A stretch of DNA of 64,000 bases, taken from Octopus vulgaris. Lineage: Eukaryota. Under the pieces are notes generated by a model. It did no database searches. It was not told where the DNA came from and saw only the letters and a list, made by a program, of their open reading frames with translations. Every line of letters begins with the position of its first letter. Positions within the stretch are counted from its first letter, which is position 1. Location of the stretch: contig OX597834.1 in NCBI GenBank assembly GCA_951406725.2, forward strand, positions 45,198,001 to 45,262,000, written 5' to 3'. This document shows positions 56,601-64,000 of this stretch, in pieces. The position numbers were made by a program, and so were the translations under genes.

Positions 56601-57732
56601 TTCATATATGTATATATATATGTACACATATACTAACATATAATTACATATATGTATATATTTATGTACGTATATATGTAGGTACGTATGTATGTACGCA
56701 TGTGTGCATATATACGCAGATATATATCGTAAGACAATATCTGCTTAATGGGGAGCAAGTCTGTTTTGTAAAAAATAAAACAGCTACAAAATAACACGGA
56801 GCGCGGGTTATGCAATTTGCTTATTTGAATTATTCTTTCCATTATTTTTGCCAAAGGTTGGCACATGGATTTCTATCTGTTGTTTTTTTTTTGTTAGTTT
56901 TCTTTCATTTTTTTAATGTTTAACTCTTTCAATAATCTTCTAAAGAATTTTGACAATAATTTCCATGTCGTTAATTTAGCAAAATTTGGACGCTTCCTTT
57001 TTAAAACAAAGACTACAAACGATACACTTTTTGTGACCTTTTATTAGATAATATGACATTAGCTTCCTGCCTTGTGCTGTGCTTTTGTTTTTTCTTTCTC
57101 TTTTTGTTTTTGAATACATATAAATTTATTTGAGTATTCACTTTAAAATATCAGAGCAAAGCATAAAAGCTAAACATGAAAATCAAAATAAAACACTGAT
57201 GACCTTTTGATTCTGCGAAAGATAAAGCGCTTTTTTTTTATAGTTTTATGTGGCTCCCGCAGTGGTTAGTGGACATATCTCGTGTAGATTGTCAATTAGT
57301 TTGATATTTTCAAATTGATGGGTTTTTTCTTTGCATGTTGCATCAGTTAATAAATAGCCAATAGGGAGATAGTGCATAGATGTATCATCTCATTAACGTG
57401 TGTTCAAATACCCAGCAGGTGTTAAACCGAGATTTACTTACGTTATTGCAATAATCGTAATTCGAGTCACGGGTTAAATTCTTCGTTGTGAATATATTAC
57501 GAACATATGGTCTTTGAATTTGGTTTATGAGATTCTTAATGGGTACTCATGTATTAAAACATATTTTGTTGTGACTGGGGAGGGCCATTAATATATGACA
57601 GTAATAAACACACACACTGATACTATTACATTAATTTTTTTTCTGTTTTTCGTCTGCTTAATTGGTCAGTTGGGTATCCACTAAAACAATTAGTCGCTTC
57701 ATTGATAAACTATTCTGTCTATCAGTTAGCAT

Positions 57733-58041
57733 TATTTATTATTATTGTTCATTCTCGAGCCACGCCTGGCTCATAAGGGCCGGTTTCCCGGTTTACTTGG
57801 CGTATAGATTCCCGACCTGGACGGGACGCCGGTCCGTAGCAGGTGAGCTGCAAGTTGCAGGAGGAAAGAGTGAGAGAAAGTTGTGGCGAAAGAGTCAGCA
57901 GAAGTTCGCCATTACCTTCTGCCGGGGGCCCCGTGGAACTTAGGTGTTTCGCTCATAGACACACATCGCCTGGTCTGAAATTCGAACCCGCTATCCATCG
58001 ACCGCAAGTCCGCTGCTCTAACCACTAGGCCATGCGCCTCC
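57733..58041 (-). mobile_element. Full-length tRNA-derived SINE (distinct family) with a ~12-bp TSD
   Basis: A-box TGGCCTAGTGG and B-box GGTTCGAATT on the minus strand. Flanks atcagttagcat (57721-57732) and atcagttggcat (58042-58053). Confidence 0.85.
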
Positions 58042-58129
58042 ATCAGTTGGCATGGTTTACCAGTATCCTTCCGTCGCCATTTATAACATCATCAAGGATC
58101 TGCCTTCTCTTCTCCATATGAAGAGTTAG

Positions 58130-58455
58130 TGTTGAAATTCCACCGAGGTCAACTTTGCCTTTCATCTTTTCGGGGTCGATAAATTAAGTACCAGTTACGC
58201 ACTGGGGTCGATGTAATCGACTTAATCCCTTTGTCTTTCCTTGTTTGTCCCCTCTATGTTTAACAACTTTTGGGCAATAAAGAAATAAGGAACGTTAGCA
58301 CGCCGGGCGAAATTCCTAGCGGTATTTCGTCTGTCTTTGTGCTCTGACTTCTAATTCCGCCGAGGTCGACTTTTACCATTCATCCTTTCGGGGTCGAAAA
58401 ATTAAGTACCAGTTGCGTACTGGGGCCACTCTAATCGACCAAAATTTCAGGCCTT
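58130..58455 (+). mobile_element. Head-to-tail dimer of the Nin-domain-like SINE
   Basis: A 3' half (58130-58289) is fused directly to a second copy starting gaacgttagcacgccgggcgaaat. Confidence 0.8.
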
Positions 58456-58977
58456 ATACATGAAATAGAAAAGAATTTGGTAGGATCTCGAAATTTCAGC
58501 AGGCAGAAGAGACTGAAACATCCAACTGAGTTTAAAAAAAGTGTGATTTATTGAGACAGTTACCTTTTTATTTTCTAGCACATGTAAACCACGATATTTA
58601 GGATTTTGTTGTCGTACTTCATTAAAATCACTTCTGACATTCGGTGGCCTCATATTTATTGGAGTCGAGCTATATACATTGGGGATGCATGAATCATTCT
58701 CAGTTATAAAATCGTACATTATTGAAAGCACAAATATGAGTTCTGGAAGTGAGATATCCAGCAGGACTGAGAAACCAAAAAACGAAAAAAAAAAAACCAG
58801 CTGGCATATTTAAGTATAACTGCATATTTTGTCATAAATCCAGAGACTGCATTAAGAGAGAATCTGAATTCAGTTCTTAGTGTGCAGCAGTGTATGTTCT
58901 GTATCACTGTAGTCGTTACCCATTCAGAAAAAAAATTACTTAAAAAAAATATCTAGAGTGTACTGATAACAACAACA

Positions 58978-59385
<408 letters not shown>

Positions 59386-59961
59386 CAATAACGATGATGA
59401 TAATAAAAATATTAATAATGATAATAATAATAATGATAATAACACTTGCAATAACAATTCTAATAACTAATGGTAATAATAATATCTTACAACAACTGCA
59501 ATAGTAATAATTATGAAGATGATGATGATGGTGATGGTTATGATGATGAGGGAGGGAACGTTGTTGATGATGATGGTGATGATTATGATGACGACTCAAA
59601 TATGACTCCCGTTTTTTTAGTTTTATTTCTAAAATAATAATATTACTTGGTATAAAAAATGAATTTTAAATATGTACATAATATATTTAAAAAACACGTG
59701 ATATATCGACCAAAAAACAAAAGATTAAAAACACGAAACGAATAACAAAAACAAATTCACAAGCATTTATCCATCGACAAACACATAAACCTACAAAATG
59801 GAGTTTTGTGTTGAGGGTCGTTACAGGAAGTGCATTTTTTTTAATTTCTTTACATTTTCTTTTCTTTTTTGTGGTTTGATATTTTAAAATAGAATTTAAG
59901 AATTTTGTTGCTTCAAAATATAGTTGATCATTAAAATATTATTATTATTATTATTATTATT

Positions 59962-60466
59962 GAGTGAGATAGCAGTGCATGCCATCAAAGTGACACTGGG
60001 GTAAAATATACGAAGCCCAATATACCCATCATGACTACCCGTCTGATAAAGGTTCACCAGGCACATACATCACAACCAAATGTGCGCGATATGGTGATCT
60101 CATATCAAGATAAACAGCACATGACCTTGCAGGTGGGGCCCAGTTAGAATTTTCTTCAGGTTGAGTAGCCCATCCTGCTCAAAAGGTCCCTGAATAAGGG
60201 TTGTTTAAAGATGTTGAAAGAACCACCCATGTTTCCAGAGGTGAATTATTCAAACCCCAAAGATTCCCTCTCAACACATGGCTACTTCTGCTCGGGATCA
60301 GAGATGCACATATCGTCAGCCACTAAGGGACATGCTCAACTGGTTAAGGTCAAACAACTGACAAGCAAATCTGTGGTATTGAGCAGAATATTTGCTGTAG
60401 CCCAACTTTTATACCAAGACAAAACAATGTACATGATAACACTTCCAATCAGTTAAGATCAGAAGC

Positions 60467-60469
<3 letters not shown>
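59962..60469 (-). mobile_element. Non-coding ~520-bp element in (TAA)n, copy 1
   Basis: Collinear with 61206-61722 and flanked by (TTA)n on both sides. Confidence 0.85.
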
Positions 60470-60848
<379 letters not shown>

Positions 60849-61033
60849 CAAACAACAGCAATATATAACAATGAAAAACTGTAACGATTACTGACTAATA
60901 CAAGAACAAAACAAAAATATCCTTGATGTTGTAGCATCTAATGTTGTTATTGTTCTATATGCTCCTCTTATTATTACTATAGTATGACTACTAGTGATGC
61001 TATATTTTCATTGTTATATATTGCTGTTGTTTG

Positions 61034-61084
<51 letters not shown>

Positions 61085-61205
61085 TATTATTATTATTATT
61101 ATTATTATTATCATTATTATTATTATTATTATTATTATTGTTGTTGTTGTTGTTGTTGTTGTTATCATTATTATAATTAATGTTATTATCATTATTATCA
61201 TTATT

Positions 61206-61720
61206 GAGTGAGAGAGCAGTGCATGCCATCAAAGTGACACTGGGATACCCATCATAACTACCCGTCCGATAAGGGTACACCGGGCACATGCATCACAACC
61301 ACATGTGCGCGAACGACATGGTGATCTCATATCAAGATAAACAGCACATGATCTTGCAGGTGGGGCCCAGTTACAATTCTCTTCTGGTCGAGTAGCCAAT
61401 CTCGCTCAAAAGGTCCCTGAATAGGGGTTGTTTAAGGATGTTGAACGAAGCACCTATGTTTCCCGAGGTGAATTATTCAAACCTCAAAGAATCCCTCTCA
61501 ACACATGGCCATGATGCTCCCCCACTACTTCTGCTCGTGATCAGATATGCACATATCATCAGCCACTATGGACATGCTCAACCGGTTAAGGTCAAACAAC
61601 TGACAAACAAATCTGTGGAATTGAGCAGAACATTTGCTGTAACCCATCTTTTATACCAAGACAAAACAATCAGTTAAGGTCAGAAGCCACGAGAGCCACT
61701 GCCTGGTACTGCATCAGGAC

Positions 61721-61722
<2 letters not shown>
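61206..61722 (-). mobile_element. Same element, copy 3 (longest right end)
   Basis: Extends to gagagccactgcctggtactgcatcaggacat, then (TTA)n. Confidence 0.85.
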
Positions 61723-61773
<51 letters not shown>

Positions 61774-61805
61774 GAGTAGTAGTGCTAGTAGTAGTGCTAG
61801 TAGTT

Positions 61806-61846
<41 letters not shown>

Positions 61847-62190
61847 TTTAGTAGTAGTAGTCGTAGTTGTAGTTGTAGTAGCAGCGGCAGCATCAACAGC
61901 AACAGCATAGGCTATATTGTTAGTGCTTGTGTTTGTAGCAATAGTACCAGTTGTAGTAATAGCAGTTGTAGGAGTAGTACTAGCGGCAGCAGTTTGTAGT
62001 AGCAGTTATAGCAGCAGTAGTGACAGTGGTGGTTTTGGATGCCGCTGGGGAGACACTGTGTGGGGACAGCGACAGATGTATTGGTGGTGGAGTTGGTGGT
62101 AGCGACGGTGTGTGGGTAGAGATGATAGTGACGATAAGTAACAGTGTTGGTGGTGGTGGGTTCCATTGCTGGTGCTGTTCTGTGTTGGTT

Positions 62191-62285
<95 letters not shown>

Positions 62286-63494
62286 TTGTTGCACTCTACC
62301 GATTTTAAGTTTATATTATATATCATACATGATGATATTGAAATTAACGTCGATTTTTTTTTCGTTGCTGTAGTGATGTTCTTTCTAGTTGTTTGCTGCG
62401 TTGTTTTTCTTGTTGTTGTCGTATTGTTTTAGTAGTTGTTGTTGTTGTCGTCGTTGTTTCTGGTCTAGATAAGGAGATTACTGTCGCCAGCTTTGTCTAA
62501 ACTCTCTTCTCTTCTCTCTTCCCATTCAAGACGATGATAGGAATTGGTATTCTTCATCCACCGAGCATCACAGCTACGACTACCATCACCACCACCACCA
62601 AAATTACCAGCAACGTTGCTCTCATCCTTACCATGGCTGTACCTTCACCGCCAATGCAGTTGCTTAACCAGTTACCAGCATCACATCTTACTCCAACCAT
62701 TCCATCACGGAAACCGTCCACATCACAACCAGCATCATCACCACTACCAACCTCAACAACATCGTTATCATCAATACCATGATCTTCATTTATTTCATTA
62801 TAAACATTACCATCCTGCAATAGAAATAATAACAATCTACATCATCATCATCATTATCATCATAATCACCATCATCATCTTCATCATCATCACTATCAAC
62901 GTCATTCTACTTCTCCTCCTCATCATCATCATCGTCATCATTATAATCATCAACATTATCATCATCATCGCCATATACAGCTTCATCGTCATTCTCATCA
63001 TCATCATCATCACCACCATCATCATCATCATCATCAACATCATCATTACCACCACCATCTGCACAACCAACATCGCCACTGTCACCACCGCTTCACCGAC
63101 CCCCCCCGAACCCCCCCACCCCAATATTTAACATTTGCTTTGAAGTGATTTTCATGAGAGTAACACGCCATACATTTCGTTACAATTCGAAAAACATAAC
63201 GGTCATTAAATAATACGAAAAAACAAAAACGAAAACAAAAAAGAAACTTTTGAAACAAAAAAAATAATATAAACAAATATAAAATGATAAAACGAAATCA
63301 ACAAAAAAATAATTAGAATTTAAAAATTTAACAAAGGGATAATTCGCAACCCGCTTTAATGAATTCAATTTATCATCATTTTTTTTTGTAATACATTTTT
63401 TAAACTAATAAGAATACTAATATAAAAAAGTAATACCAACAGCCAACAGTAACAACAACAATAAGAGCCACAACGTCAGGAACAACATGAACAA

Positions 63495-63529
<35 letters not shown>

Positions 63530-64000
63530 GTGCTATTATTATAATTATTATTAGTAGTAGTATCAATATCATCATTATCATCATTATTATTATTGTGGTT
63601 ATTAACATCGTCATTATATGTATCGTGTTTAATGTTAATTTTTTGCGGCCTCTTGCGCCATGTTGGTTTGTGGTTCTAAGCTATGTAACAGTATGGTTTT
63701 CCTACTAATTGCTACAAGAAACCATTTCCTACATATGTGGCAATTTTTGGTGACTGTAGACTATTTCGTTTCTTCTGTCTGGTGGTACCTTCCGTAGTAG
63801 ACATGCCCTAGTTCCAAACTAGCAGTTATTTTGCATGCCACAAGTCCAGCAGCACTAACACCAAAACCACCAGCACCTCTCCGATTTTCAGCGGATGAAG
63901 GGCTCACCTTTTCTGCTTTTTATCTGCATAATATCCTGCATCCTGATAAATACTGGGCTCGAAGCAGTGGTAGCACCACACACCCACAAACACACACAAA

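Noticed and set aside
57965-58041. tRNA gene
   Set aside because: A and B boxes are present, but the sequence continues into a SINE body with a TSD and has no proper acceptor stem.
60270-60325. CTGACGA/CTGATGA on the minus strand of the TAA-inserted element as a hammerhead
   Set aside because: Followed by GAAG rather than GAAA, and no stem III or UH triplet.
62534-63131. His/Ile/Thr-rich ORFs
   Set aside because: Degenerate (CAT/CAC)n low-complexity sequence with no domain or splice support.
63908-63942. Possible 35-nt minus-strand exon with an AAG|GTGAGC donor
   Set aside because: Weak acceptor, ambiguous frame, and at the window edge.

Overview
Eukaryotic, AT-rich DNA dominated by microsatellites: (TA)n, (CA)n, (GATA)n and (TAA)n. 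The SINE families resemble octopus (coleoid cephalopod) repeats as I recall them; no search was run. Nearly all ORFs in the supplied track are artefacts of translated simple repeats. The real content is: (1) decayed transposons, namely R4/Dong-type, CR1-group and L1/Tx1 LINE remnants, Penelope-like (Naiad-type) RT plus GIY-YIG remnants, mariner, maT and pogo-type DNA transposon relics, and several tRNA-derived SINE families; (2) a ~2.9-kb non-coding Penelope-like insertion (39271-42220) whose inverted ~230-bp ends each carry a minimal type I hammerhead ribozyme; (3) several long inverted repeats and fold-back palindromes, one with a steep identity gradient; (4) three co-oriented copies of a ~520-bp element, each inside a (TAA)n array; (5) a few short candidate exons with canonical splice sites, suggesting a minus-strand host gene with long introns plus one plus-strand exon. 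I could not identify their products. No rRNA, intact tRNA gene or CRISPR array was seen.
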